The notes below the pieces were generated by a model. That model made no database searches and had not been told where the DNA came from. It was given only the letters and a program-made list of their open reading frames with translations. From the IMG/VR virus record IMGVR_UViG_3300047311_000725: a stretch of 64,000 nt of DNA, one strand, 5' to 3'. Each line of letters begins with the position of its first letter. Position 1 is the first letter of the stretch. Position numbers and translations under genes: made by a program. Source of the DNA: a virus. This document shows positions 53,065-62,486 of the stretch, piece after piece.

Positions 53065-53919
53065 CTATTCTGGCTCGTCCGGGAACATCTTCTTGAACTC
53101 TGCCCGGGATACCAGCTTCTCCTTGAAACCGACGGAGTAGGCCGTCTTGGTGATCTTGACGGAGGGCTTTTCCCCTTCCGTATCAAGGGTCAGGTTGGCC
53201 GGGACCCTGAAAGACGTGCTGTACCGGACGATCCTCTCCTGGTCCGTGAACTCCTCGAAGTTGGAGGAGTCCGACATGGAAGAATCGAAGAACCCGACAA
53301 AGTACCCTCCCTTGAAGGGCTTGCGATCTTCGAACTCTTCCCCGTTTTCGGAGTGTCGTCCGTCGTTGATGATGGGAGCCACGAAGGTCTTCCGGATGTC
53401 CAGCTCCCGGAAGAGCTTCTCGAGGACCCGGTTCATCTGCTTCGTGTAGCTCGTCTGGATGACTAGCTCGTAGTTGAAGATGTTCCGGTCGGGGAAGGGG
53501 ACCTGCGTCACCTGGTAGACCGCCCCGGGCCCGGGACCCATGATCGGGATGCCTGCCGAGGTGACCCGCTGGATGTTGTTCTTGAGCTGGTTGGTCTTCG
53601 GATCGATCCTCTTGGCGATCGTCAGGTTTCCCGTCTGAGTACCGAGGGCCTGCATGCTCGGGTCGGCGTCCATGCCGGTACGCCGGATCGAGATGAGAGG
53701 GAGGATGAGGACGCCCGCCTGGTCCCGGATGCCCTTCCTCTTGATGGCGTAGCGTTCTCCGGAGCTGAAGATGACGGGGACCTTGGCGCGCTCAGAGGTC
53801 GGCGTTTCGACGGCGACGTCGACGGTACGGTCGAACCAGTCACGCACGGCGCGGTCCACCGTCTCGATCGTGATCGGCTCGAACTCTACTTCCTGACGTG
53901 CGTCGTCGTACTTGTTCAC
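53065..53919 (-). CDS. hypothetical tail/neck-region protein (284 aa)
   Basis: ORF directly upstream of sheath. Confidence 0.5.
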   Translation of the reverse strand: MNKYDDARQEVEFEPITIETVDRAVRDWFDRTVDVAVETPTSERAKVPVIFSSGERYAIKRKGIRDQAGVLILPLISIRRTGMDADPSMQALGTQTGNLTIAKRIDPKTNQLKNNIQRVTSAGIPIMGPGPGAVYQVTQVPFPDRNIFNYELVIQTSYTKQMNRVLEKLFRELDIRKTFVAPIINDGRHSENGEEFEDRKPFKGGYFVGFFDSSMSDSSNFEEFTDQERIVRYSTSFRVPANLTLDTEGEKPSVKITKTAYSVGFKEKLVSRAEFKKMFPDEPE

Positions 53920-54728
53920 GGCTTCCAGAGGCTCCTTGCCTTCTTGATGGCGTCCCTGAGCGGGGCGTCTCCTTCAATTATGACGATCTCCTGGAACTCT
54001 TCTCGGATCCTTGACATGACCCCGAAGAGCTTGCCCCGGTAGAACACCCCACCGCCGGAGCACCCGTGCGTCCCTGGAAGGGCCACGGTGTCCGAGTGGG
54101 GATGGTCCTTGTACTGCTGGGCGCCGACGTACCGACCGTCCGTGACGAAGGCTCGGTGATAGTTCAGGAAGCCATGGGGGCTGCCGACGGCCGTGACTCT
54201 CGCTCCGATGGGCGGGTCCTGGGTCGCCACTTCCACCACGTCTCCCGGAACCCCGAGGACCCGCATGACGCAGACGTCGTTCAGCTCGTCGATGACCAGC
54301 GCCTGGGCGGCCATCTGGTCGAGCTCCATGTTCCAGATCAAAAAGTCTTCCCCGAGGACCGGAGCGTCCACCCCGACTTCCTTGGTCAGCTGGACGTGGA
54401 CGGTGTCCTGGGGCTTGCAGACGTGGGCCGCCGTGACGATGAGGCTTTCCTTGCCCCTCACGGCGACGACCACTCCCGTTCCCTGGGCGACCATCGCGGC
54501 CGGCTTCAGCTTCAGTCCGTCCTTCTCGTTGGACTTCTCCATGTCGGGGATGAGGGTGATCATCCGGTGGTCGATCTGGACCGTGGCCCGCATGAGGTGC
54601 TGGGCGTAGGCCGCGTCATCGTCCCCCATGGTGTCCCACAGCTTCGGCTTCGTGTGCGCGCAGGACGTACAACCGAACGAGAAGAGAGAGATCAGAAGCA
54701 AGGCGTAGATCGTCGGAAAAATTTTCAT
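53916..54728 (-). CDS. trypsin-like serine protease with lipoprotein-type signal peptide
   Basis: MKIFPTIYALLLISLFSFGCTSC (signal + lipobox), TAAHV (His), GCSGGGV (GxSGG Ser); start ATG 54726-54728. Confidence 0.65.
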   Translation of the reverse strand: MKIFPTIYALLLISLFSFGCTSCAHTKPKLWDTMGDDDAAYAQHLMRATVQIDHRMITLIPDMEKSNEKDGLKLKPAAMVAQGTGVVVAVRGKESLIVTAAHVCKPQDTVHVQLTKEVGVDAPVLGEDFLIWNMELDQMAAQALVIDELNDVCVMRVLGVPGDVVEVATQDPPIGARVTAVGSPHGFLNYHRAFVTDGRYVGAQQYKDHPHSDTVALPGTHGCSGGGVFYRGKLFGVMSRIREEFQEIVIIEGDAPLRDAIKKARSLWKP

Positions 54729-54744
54729 CGCATGTTCCTTCCTT

Positions 54745-56406
54745 TTAGAATATCTGTAGCGAGGCGAATGCCCCGCCTTCCCAATTTTCGTTGACGCTTT
54801 CCCAGATCCGCATGGGGATCTGTACCCCGAAGTGATTCGTGACCGTGATCGTAGCCACGATGTGGACCGGCTGCTGGTTGAAGTCAAACTGGAAAAACGG
54901 GGTCCCGTACGAGATGGGGATCGCGTAGTAGTACCTGAACCCGGCCGGGACCTGGATGAAACCGGGATTGATCTGCCTGCTGCTCTCGAGCAGAGATCCG
55001 GGAAGAGCGAGGACGAAGGCCTCATCGAAGACGAGAGGGTTCGAGGCCACGTTCGACCCCTGAATGACTTGGACCTGGTCTACCACTACGCAGATGGGGT
55101 CGATGCCGATCCGATCGTCGACCACCTGGAAGTAGACCCGGCAGACCGTCCCGATGTACGGGGTCAGGTCGAGGTCGAACTGCTGGTAGGGACCGGGAGA
55201 GTTCACCGAGAACAGCGTCTGCAACAGCTGGTCCGGCATGTTCATGCTGCTGGCGTCCTGCGCGTAGACGTTGAAGTTGACGAACTTGATAGTGTCGTTC
55301 GTCGCCCCGTTCGCGATGAACTGGAGGTGGACTCCCTTGTCAGGAGGGACCAACGTCAGGTCGAAGTCCCGGTAGACGAGACAGAACCCGCTGTACCCGG
55401 GGAGCGTGTTGCTCGACGGCGGAGCCTGGTACGGTCCGGGAAGCGATCCCAGGAACATCTGGAAGCTTCCGCTGGGGGTGGCCAGGTCAAAGAAGCCGTT
55501 CCCGTCGCATGTCCCCTGGATCTCCCCGATGCGTTGGGGACCCGTCCCGCCGGGACCGAGGGGTGGATTGATGATGTTCCAGGCCGGGTCGAGGCCCATG
55601 TTGGTCATGCTGTCCGTCTCGAAGTCATCCGAGTAGAGGACAGTCTCTGGAGTGAAAACGAACGTCTGCTGTTGGACGGCACCGAAGTACACCCGGGGAT
55701 TGAAGGCGATCCCGGAAATCTGTGTCGCCGGGGCGGGAGAGGCCGCGTCCTGGACGATGAGCTCGAACCCGACCGACGTCGGGCCGGATCCCTGGGAAGT
55801 GAACGCCCCAGTGACGGTCGCCACTCCGAAGGTGCTGGGGTTCGGGACGTTCGTCGTCGTGAAGTCCTGGCTGTTCACGATCGCGAAGGTCCCGGGAACG
55901 AAGCCCGAGAACCCCCGCGCCCCGAACGGAAGTCGGGTGACATCGTAGAAGAACTGCGGATCGACGATCTGGTCCCCCAGCTCGAGGCTGGCCGGACCGT
56001 TGAGCTCGAAGTCAAAGATCTGGATGTCCTGGGCCAGGACGTCGGACGTCAGCTTGGTCCAGATGAACTCCCCGACGGGGTGCTCGATGAGCAGGGCGCC
56101 ATCCTCTCCCAGGGGTGGGGGAACATAGGGGGGAGTTCCCAGGAGGGCGCCGAGGGGTTCGGGGATGCCGTAGGTGGGTGTCAGTGGCCGACAGTCGAAG
56201 TTGATCACCCCGCTCCACACGTAGCCCAGCGAAGACGAGAGCCGCTGCTGCTCCATCTGGTAGAAGTCCTGGACGGTGGAGCCGCCCAGGTAGCTGGTCA
56301 CGTTGAAGTAGAGGAGGCTGGACGTCGACGGGCTCGGGGGCACCGTGACGGGGATCCCGAAGATCTTGATCGGCGAGCTGCCGGTATTGAACGCGAGAAG
56401 AGGCAT
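54745..56406 (-). CDS. hypothetical structural protein (553 aa)
   Basis: Pro/Gly/Ser/Thr-rich beta-type composition. Confidence 0.5.
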   Translation of the reverse strand: MPLLAFNTGSSPIKIFGIPVTVPPSPSTSSLLYFNVTSYLGGSTVQDFYQMEQQRLSSSLGYVWSGVINFDCRPLTPTYGIPEPLGALLGTPPYVPPPLGEDGALLIEHPVGEFIWTKLTSDVLAQDIQIFDFELNGPASLELGDQIVDPQFFYDVTRLPFGARGFSGFVPGTFAIVNSQDFTTTNVPNPSTFGVATVTGAFTSQGSGPTSVGFELIVQDAASPAPATQISGIAFNPRVYFGAVQQQTFVFTPETVLYSDDFETDSMTNMGLDPAWNIINPPLGPGGTGPQRIGEIQGTCDGNGFFDLATPSGSFQMFLGSLPGPYQAPPSSNTLPGYSGFCLVYRDFDLTLVPPDKGVHLQFIANGATNDTIKFVNFNVYAQDASSMNMPDQLLQTLFSVNSPGPYQQFDLDLTPYIGTVCRVYFQVVDDRIGIDPICVVVDQVQVIQGSNVASNPLVFDEAFVLALPGSLLESSRQINPGFIQVPAGFRYYYAIPISYGTPFFQFDFNQQPVHIVATITVTNHFGVQIPMRIWESVNENWEGGAFASLQIF

Positions 56407-57149
56407 TAGCCCACGATGTTCCCCTGCTCGTCCCTCCAGTACAGGCCGTCAGAGACCTGTTCCTGGCTGGCGTCGGAGTTGAAGATCTCCAGACCCTTGA
56501 CCTTGTTCGCCGGCGGGCGCGTCACGTTGGAATAGATAGGAAGTTCTTCCCGTCCAGGTTGCGTCCCAGGTTCGTCCACGAAGGCGGGAACCGACAGGCT
56601 CCCTGAGTGGTAGGTGGACCTGGTCTGTTCCGGAAGCTGACGGGTGAAGCTCGGCTTGTTGTCCAACGGGTGGGTGCGGTCCACGTTCTGGTTGGAGTTC
56701 GCCCCGTTGGAGAACTGCTGCTCCCGGGCGACGACCAGCTTGCACTTGGTCATGAGCTTGTTGTTGACCTGCCCGAAGATGAGCTGGGGCTTGGTCACCG
56801 AGGTGATCTCGTAGTACTGCTGGCCGTACTCGATGAAGTCGCCTTCCCTCGGCTTGAGGTTCCGCTCGTTCAGCTCCTGAGTGTGGAAGTACACCTCGCT
56901 GGCGTAGTCGCTGTCCGACCCCCAGAGGCCGCTCTTGGTCGTGGGGTTGTCGTAGAGGACCCGGGCGGTGCAGCGGACGGGGGCGGCCCACGTCTTCTTG
57001 ATGGCCTCGTTGTAGAGGTCGTCGGTCTTCGTCTTGTCCAGGAGCACCGCGTAGTACATCACCTCCTCGTCCACGACGTGCTGATGCAGCTCGCGGATGA
57101 TCGAGTTGACGAAGGCGATCTCTCTGGTGCCGACGAACTTGCGTGCCAT
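56406..57149 (-). CDS. hypothetical structural protein (247 aa)
   Basis: ORF, start overlaps upstream gene stop. Confidence 0.5.
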   Translation of the reverse strand: MARKFVGTREIAFVNSIIRELHQHVVDEEVMYYAVLLDKTKTDDLYNEAIKKTWAAPVRCTARVLYDNPTTKSGLWGSDSDYASEVYFHTQELNERNLKPREGDFIEYGQQYYEITSVTKPQLIFGQVNNKLMTKCKLVVAREQQFSNGANSNQNVDRTHPLDNKPSFTRQLPEQTRSTYHSGSLSVPAFVDEPGTQPGREELPIYSNVTRPPANKVKGLEIFNSDASQEQVSDGLYWRDEQGNIVG

Positions 57150-58324
57150 TAGCCGATGTAGATCCCGAGGGGAACGTTCTTGATGACGTTGTCGAGGTCA
57201 GCCGCCATCTGAGCTTCCCGGGCGATGAGCTTGTCGTAGGTGGTGTCTTCCAGGATCTCCTTGAGCTCCGCGCGCAGGCTGTCCTGCTCCGCCTTGGAGT
57301 CGGTGAGGAGCTCGTTGCCGTCCAGCTGCAGGTCCCCGTTCGGGATCGGGATGGTCTGCATCTTTCCACGGACGCGGCCGAGGACCTCCTTCGAGAGGGC
57401 CACGGTCATCTTCCTGATCCACTGCTTGCCGATGGAGTTCAGCTCGGAGTACTTGATGTTGTCGAACGGGACGTTCGACATGTTCGCCACGCCGTCGACC
57501 GTCTTGTCCCCCTCCACCGACGGGGCATAGGGATCCTGCGCCACGGTGTAGGTGAAGAACAGCGGGATGTTCGTCTGCGGGTGCGGGTAGAGGGTCAGCT
57601 CGTTGTGGTGCAGGTCGTAGCTGTAGTTCGACCGGCGGACCTTGTTGCTCATCTTGAACTGCATGCCACGGAGGACGTCCTCCCAGATGGGCAGCAGGTA
57701 GAAGATGGTCTCCGGGGTGAACGACTCGAAGCTGAACTCGTTGTTCAGGTAGTTGATGGCGGAGGTCGTGCCGAAGAACCGGTAGGCCGACAGCGGGTCC
57801 GGGTGGAAGATCTCCTTGATGTAGAGACGCATGGGCTTGCCGTCGGAGCCGGTCGGGAAGACGGCCGGGACCTGCGGGCTGCCGCCGCCGGTGAAGGAGC
57901 CTGTGCCCACCACGAGCGGGTTCAGGTCGTACTTGGAGACGCCGGCCTGGGTCATGATGGAGGCCGACATGATGTTCGCGTCGCCTACACCGACCTCGTT
58001 CGAGAACGGCGCGGACAGCCGCTTGGCCAGCTCCAGGCTCCGGTTCGGGTACTGGTTCTCCCGACCCGTGAGCGATCCCGTGGGGGTGCCGAGGAGCGTG
58101 CTGAGGACGCTCTTGGCCTGGTACATGTTGATGATGGCGGAGTACTCGAGGACGGCTTCCTCGAACGACTCATAGACGTTGTCCGGCGTGAGCTCCACCT
58201 GCATGACAGGGTCGCCCAGCTTCCTGAACACGAAGTCCAGCATCTTGTCGGCATCGATCTGGAACTGCGGGTCCTGATCGTAGATGCCGAAGGCGGTCTG
58301 CCCGGTGTTCGGAACGAACGGCAT
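57149..58324 (-). CDS. hypothetical structural protein (391 aa; neck/connector-region by position)
   Basis: ORF between capsid module and tail module. Confidence 0.5.
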   Translation of the reverse strand: MPFVPNTGQTAFGIYDQDPQFQIDADKMLDFVFRKLGDPVMQVELTPDNVYESFEEAVLEYSAIINMYQAKSVLSTLLGTPTGSLTGRENQYPNRSLELAKRLSAPFSNEVGVGDANIMSASIMTQAGVSKYDLNPLVVGTGSFTGGGSPQVPAVFPTGSDGKPMRLYIKEIFHPDPLSAYRFFGTTSAINYLNNEFSFESFTPETIFYLLPIWEDVLRGMQFKMSNKVRRSNYSYDLHHNELTLYPHPQTNIPLFFTYTVAQDPYAPSVEGDKTVDGVANMSNVPFDNIKYSELNSIGKQWIRKMTVALSKEVLGRVRGKMQTIPIPNGDLQLDGNELLTDSKAEQDSLRAELKEILEDTTYDKLIAREAQMAADLDNVIKNVPLGIYIG

Positions 58325-58327
58325 CGC

Positions 58328-58687
58328 TTACTTCTCCCCGGTGCTTCCCGCGGGCGGTCCTCCCGCGTCGAGCTCGGCCGGGTCTTCTCCCTCGGCCTTC
58401 TCCATGTCGTGGCTGAACTTGCGGAGGATGTCTTCGACTTCGTCCAGTCCGACCCCACGCTTGGAGACGATCTCCTGGGCGTACTGCTGGACGATCTTGT
58501 CGAGCTCCGGCTTCATGGCCTCGGACATCTTGCCCTTGCCGATGTTCGAGCCGTATTGGCGCGGACCGAGGTTCTGCTTGTTGGGGAACCCGCCTTCACG
58601 CTTGAGGCTGTAGGCCGACCCGACGTTGATCGGGCGGCCGCCGGAGCTGATGAAGACTTCGTTGAGGGTGGGGAGCTTCTTGGCCAT
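58328..58687 (-). CDS. hypothetical protein (119 aa)
   Basis: ORF. Confidence 0.45.
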   Translation of the reverse strand: MAKKLPTLNEVFISSGGRPINVGSAYSLKREGGFPNKQNLGPRQYGSNIGKGKMSEAMKPELDKIVQQYAQEIVSKRGVGLDEVEDILRKFSHDMEKAEGEDPAELDAGGPPAGSTGEK

Positions 58688-58767
58688 CTTTCTGGTCTCC
58701 TAGGTAAGGCTCTACCAGATAGGTATGCGCGTCCAGGAAGACGCGTCCCCAGAAAGAGGAACTGAGA

Positions 58768-59076
58768 CTAGTGGAGGATGGAGCCGGTCAGGAGGAAGAC
58801 CATGTTCGCCAGACGGTCGAGGGCCTGCTTGACCGTCGTGGGAGCGGGGGCCTGCCATTGGCTGGCGCTGATCGGGGTGTAGACCGACGACCCGCTGACC
58901 GCCGAGGCGACGGATCCGCTGAGGGTTCCTGCCGAGGCGTCGACCAGCGCGAAGGCGGCGTCGATCTCTCTCCGAAGCCGGATGTCACCGTCGGCCGAGA
59001 GCTCCGCCTGGCTACGCGGGTCGTGGGCCGCGTCGATGTTGTCGAAGATCTGGATTCCGATGTTCTTTGTGGCCAT
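58768..59076 (-). CDS. hypothetical protein (102 aa), possible head decoration/completion protein
   Basis: First ORF after capsid terminator; CTATTTAGA motif 3 nt upstream of ATG. Confidence 0.45.
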   Translation of the reverse strand: MATKNIGIQIFDNIDAAHDPRSQAELSADGDIRLRREIDAAFALVDASAGTLSGSVASAVSGSSVYTPISASQWQAPAPTTVKQALDRLANMVFLLTGSILH

Positions 59077-59079
59077 GGT

Positions 59080-59087
59080 TCTAAATA
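59080..59087 (-). promoter_or_regulatory. CTATTTAGA motif copy immediately upstream of gene 58768..59076
   Basis: ccatggttctaaatagcagg. Confidence 0.35.
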
Positions 59088-59094
59088 GCAGGCC

Positions 59095-59122
59095 AAAAAG
59101 AAAAGGGGGCCGTTTGGCCCCC
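59095..59122 (-). terminator. rho-independent terminator downstream of major capsid gene
   Basis: Hairpin gggggcc-gttt-ggccccc followed on minus strand by UUUUCUUUUU. Confidence 0.6.
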
Positions 59123-59153
59123 TTCTCATCTTAGCTTAGGCTAAGGTCTTGGG

Positions 59154-60860
59154 TTAGATGACGTTCATGTCCTCGACGGTCACGGTCCCGTAGAAGTCGC
59201 TGCGGACCAGCTTCTTCGCGTACCGGGTCATGACGCCCTTCCGAGGAGTGAAGTCCTCCGGGGCGTAGATCGTCGGGGTGACGATGAGCGGCACGTACGG
59301 GGCGTACACGTAGCCGGTCTCGAGGAAGCTACCACCCTTGAACCCGATGAGGACTCGGTTGCGGGGGAAGTAGGGGTCCTTGTAGACCGTGAACCGGTTG
59401 TTCAGGGTCCCGACCTTCTCGGTGCCGACCGTGAACATGGTCTCCTTCGGATCCATCGAGAGGATCGGCTTGTAGAGCACCGAGGCCTCGAGGATGGTGG
59501 CCACGTCCGGGCTGGTCACCATGAAGTTGGCCGCGCCACGCAGCGTCTTGCGGTGGATGTTGTTCGCCACATCGATGCAGGTCTCGATGAGGGTCTCGTA
59601 CCACTCGCGGACGGTGCCGGTGAAGCTTGCTCCCGAGACGCCCAGGCCCGTGGTCTTGTCCACGAAGTTGCCCGGCTTGCGGCTCCAGAAGAAGTTCGCG
59701 CCGGTCGCGAAGTAGAGCAGGTCGCTCAGGATCTCGCGGTCGATCTCGAGTGCGATCGCCTCCGAGAGGACCTGGGTGAGCTCCACCTCGGCGTCCAGGT
59801 TCTGGTACGCGGCCAGATCCTGAGCGAGCTCCGGCGTCCACTTGGCGCGCAGCTTGCGGGTGTTGGTGACAACCGCGGTGCTCTGGATCTTGAGGTTGAT
59901 CTCCGGGATGACCGGGGTCGGGGTCGCGCCGAAGTCCGACTCGAAGTTCGGCAGGACGAGGGTGCCCGTGGTCGACGCCACGATCGTCGAACCGACCGTG
60001 TAGCTGACCTTCGCCTGCGGAACCGCATCGACGGTGCCCGAGACGATGAAGACCAGGTCCTGGCCGTTCGGCGCCACCTTGGTGTGCCGGCGGTAGACGA
60101 TCAGCGCGTTGCCGGTGCCCTGGCCGCTGCCGTCAGCAACCGGGACGCCGTCCGTGGTCGCAGCCCACGAAGTCGAGGAGCCCGAGAGCGGCATCCACTG
60201 CTTGATCGCCGCGATGTCCGACGCCGCTTCGCCGAGGGCGGAGAGGGTCGTGTACGCGCCGGTCAGGGTCAGCTTGGTGAGCTGGCCTGCAGCGATGGTG
60301 CCCGAGAGGTCCGGGTCGTAGGCCACGTCAGCCAGGGTGGCCGCCGAGAGTCCCTGCGCGAAGGTCTGGGTCGAGACCTTTTCACGCATGGAGTACGACG
60401 TACCCAGGTTGTACATACCCTTGGTCGCAAGGTTCTGCGTGCCCGGGGCCGTCTGGTCACCGAAGAGCGAACCGCCCGACGAGAAGTCGTCGTTCTTGTT
60501 GCCCGCCTTGACGTTGGCGTACTGGTAGTCGAGGTAGAACAGGAGGCCCGACGGCAGCGAGAGCGGCTGCACCGAGACGAGCTCGTTGGCGATGAGGCCA
60601 CCGAACACGCGCCGGACGATCGGGAATGCCACGTTCTGGAAGCCCTGGAGGTCGCCACCGACCGAGTTGGACTCGGTGAGCAGCTGGGCCGCCTGGGACT
60701 CCAGGAGGCGCGCCATGTTCGACTTCGCCTTGTTGCGCGGCGAGTCGGCCAGGCCCTCGAGGAGGCCGGTGCGCTCCCACTTCTTGACGAGACGGGCGGA
60801 CTCCTTCAGCATGTCCTGCCGGGAGATGCCCTCCGTCAGTTCCTTCATATCGAATGCCAT
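59154..60860 (-). CDS. major capsid protein, T4 gp23-like
   Basis: FPIVRRVFGGLIANELVSVQPLSLPSG resembles gp23 MVRRAIPNLIAFDICGVQPMNSPTG; 568 aa; followed by strong terminator. Confidence 0.75.
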   Translation of the reverse strand: MAFDMKELTEGISRQDMLKESARLVKKWERTGLLEGLADSPRNKAKSNMARLLESQAAQLLTESNSVGGDLQGFQNVAFPIVRRVFGGLIANELVSVQPLSLPSGLLFYLDYQYANVKAGNKNDDFSSGGSLFGDQTAPGTQNLATKGMYNLGTSYSMREKVSTQTFAQGLSAATLADVAYDPDLSGTIAAGQLTKLTLTGAYTTLSALGEAASDIAAIKQWMPLSGSSTSWAATTDGVPVADGSGQGTGNALIVYRRHTKVAPNGQDLVFIVSGTVDAVPQAKVSYTVGSTIVASTTGTLVLPNFESDFGATPTPVIPEINLKIQSTAVVTNTRKLRAKWTPELAQDLAAYQNLDAEVELTQVLSEAIALEIDREILSDLLYFATGANFFWSRKPGNFVDKTTGLGVSGASFTGTVREWYETLIETCIDVANNIHRKTLRGAANFMVTSPDVATILEASVLYKPILSMDPKETMFTVGTEKVGTLNNRFTVYKDPYFPRNRVLIGFKGGSFLETGYVYAPYVPLIVTPTIYAPEDFTPRKGVMTRYAKKLVRSDFYGTVTVEDMNVI

Positions 60861-60894
60861 TTTTCGTTTCTCCTAGTTCGTCTTTGGGTCTGGG

Positions 60895-62157
60895 TTACTT
60901 GAGCAGGCCCGCAAGCTGACGCATGCGGTCGTACTTGCCCTGCCCCTCTGCCCGATCCACCGACTCACGGAGGATTTCCGGCTTGGGCGCTCCCGACGTG
61001 CGGGGGCGCTGGGCGTTGCCTGTCGGCTTGCGAGACTTGGACTCGCTGAGCGGACCGGCCGATGCCTTGAAGGAGCTCACGATGGCCTCGTAGACCATCT
61101 TCACCTGGGCGACCGACTTTGCCTTGTCGATCGATTCGAGGACGACCTGCTTCTGCTCCTTCGTGAGCCGGCCGTGGGTGTTCAGGATGCGGTTGACGTG
61201 CAGGACCTTGCTGTTGAACAGGTTGGTCTCGTGCAGCGTCTGGCCGAGGCGCTTGATCAGGGTGACCGCTTCCTTGAGCTTGCCGCGGAGCATCTTGTTC
61301 TCCGCGAGGCCAGCCTTGAGCGCCTCCTTGATCTGGTAGTCGACGTGGTCCGGCGGGACCTCGGTCTCCCAGTGCTTCTCGCCCGTCTTCTTGTCGGCGA
61401 TGCCGGTTTCCTTGGACGCCTGGTCGAGCTCGCCTCCACCGACGATGTCCTTGAAGCCCTTCGACACCTGGGCCTCGGTCTGGAGGGCAGCCTCGTAGAC
61501 CTTGTGGAGCTCCGATTCGGAGATCTCGACTTCCTCGTCCATTTCGTCCTTCTCCTTGTCCTTGCCCTCCTTCATGTCGGGCTCGGCTTCGGCATCTTCG
61601 CCGAGGTGAGGAATGGACATGCCGCCCATCCCCTCGTCTTCCATACCTTCGGCGCCTTCGGCACCGTCACCACCGGCTTCCATCTCGTGGCCGCACTTGG
61701 GGCACTCGAGGTGTTCGCCTTCTTCGACGCCGTGCTCGTGGGCACCGGTCGCACTCTCGGGATTCTCATCCTCGCCGTGCTCACCCGGAAGCTCCATGTG
61801 CTCCTCGCCGTCTTCGGAAAGCTGCGGGAAGAACCCTGACAGCGACTCGAGGTCGAGCTCCTTCTCCTTGTCGTCCTTCGCTTCGGCCATGTCCTTGTCT
61901 CCCATGTTCTTGCCTTCCTGGTACTTCTTTTCCTTCTCCCGCTTCGCCGGAGAGTAGTAGTCAGCTCCCTGGTCGTTCACGCGGTCGACGCTCTCGCCGG
62001 CAAGGGCGGAGCGGATCTGCTTCTCGAGGAGTGCCTTCACGCCGGGAGCCATCTGCTCCACGATCTCGTTCTTGGCGGCTTCGAGCGCGGCGGCCTTCAG
62101 GGCCTTCGCGTCCTTTACTGCCTCCTTCACGAGCTCTCGTCCTTCCTTTGCGGCCAT
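60895..62157 (-). CDS. prohead scaffolding protein (gp22-like)
   Basis: 420 aa, highly acidic, coiled-coil, immediately upstream of major capsid gene. Confidence 0.6.
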   Translation of the reverse strand: MAAKEGRELVKEAVKDAKALKAAALEAAKNEIVEQMAPGVKALLEKQIRSALAGESVDRVNDQGADYYSPAKREKEKKYQEGKNMGDKDMAEAKDDKEKELDLESLSGFFPQLSEDGEEHMELPGEHGEDENPESATGAHEHGVEEGEHLECPKCGHEMEAGGDGAEGAEGMEDEGMGGMSIPHLGEDAEAEPDMKEGKDKEKDEMDEEVEISESELHKVYEAALQTEAQVSKGFKDIVGGGELDQASKETGIADKKTGEKHWETEVPPDHVDYQIKEALKAGLAENKMLRGKLKEAVTLIKRLGQTLHETNLFNSKVLHVNRILNTHGRLTKEQKQVVLESIDKAKSVAQVKMVYEAIVSSFKASAGPLSESKSRKPTGNAQRPRTSGAPKPEILRESVDRAEGQGKYDRMRQLAGLLK

Positions 62158-62191
62158 GTCGTCCTTTCCTCTCCGGGCGGAAACTTCTACA

Positions 62192-62199
62192 TCTAAATA
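62192..62199 (-). promoter_or_regulatory. CTATTTAGA motif copy 35 nt upstream of scaffold ATG
   Basis: ctacatctaaataaagac. Confidence 0.35.
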
Positions 62200-62229
62200 A
62201 AGACGCCCAGAATAATTTCGCTCTTTTTT

Positions 62230-62481
62230 TTAGTTTCTCGATTCTCCGCGCTTGAGTTCCAAGCGTCGGTTGAAGTCTGCCCTTGCGCGCTTCCTCCGGT
62301 TCTTTACCGAAGGCTTCTCGTAGCCTCTACGCTGGTAGACTTCCTGTATGATGCCCTCATTCCTCACCTTCTTCATGAACCGCTTGATCATTCTTTCCGG
62401 CGATTCGTCCTTCCGGGGAGCCACCTCTACGTGTCTTGCCCGAACAGGTTCGTGCGAGGAATCCTTGCCCTTCTTCATCAA
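62230..62481 (-). CDS. rpsU: ribosomal protein bS21 homolog
   Basis: MIKRFMKKVRNEGIIQEVYQRRGYEKPSVKNRRKRARA aligns with E. coli S21 [36 protein letters not shown]. Confidence 0.8.
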   Translation of the reverse strand: MMKKGKDSSHEPVRARHVEVAPRKDESPERMIKRFMKKVRNEGIIQEVYQRRGYEKPSVKNRRKRARADFNRRLELKRGESRN

Positions 62482-62486
62482 ATCAC

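Noticed and set aside
53916-55025. Full 369-aa ORF as the protease gene
   Set aside because: First 99 codons are Ser/Arg-rich overlap with the upstream gene; signal peptide begins at the internal ATG 54726-54728
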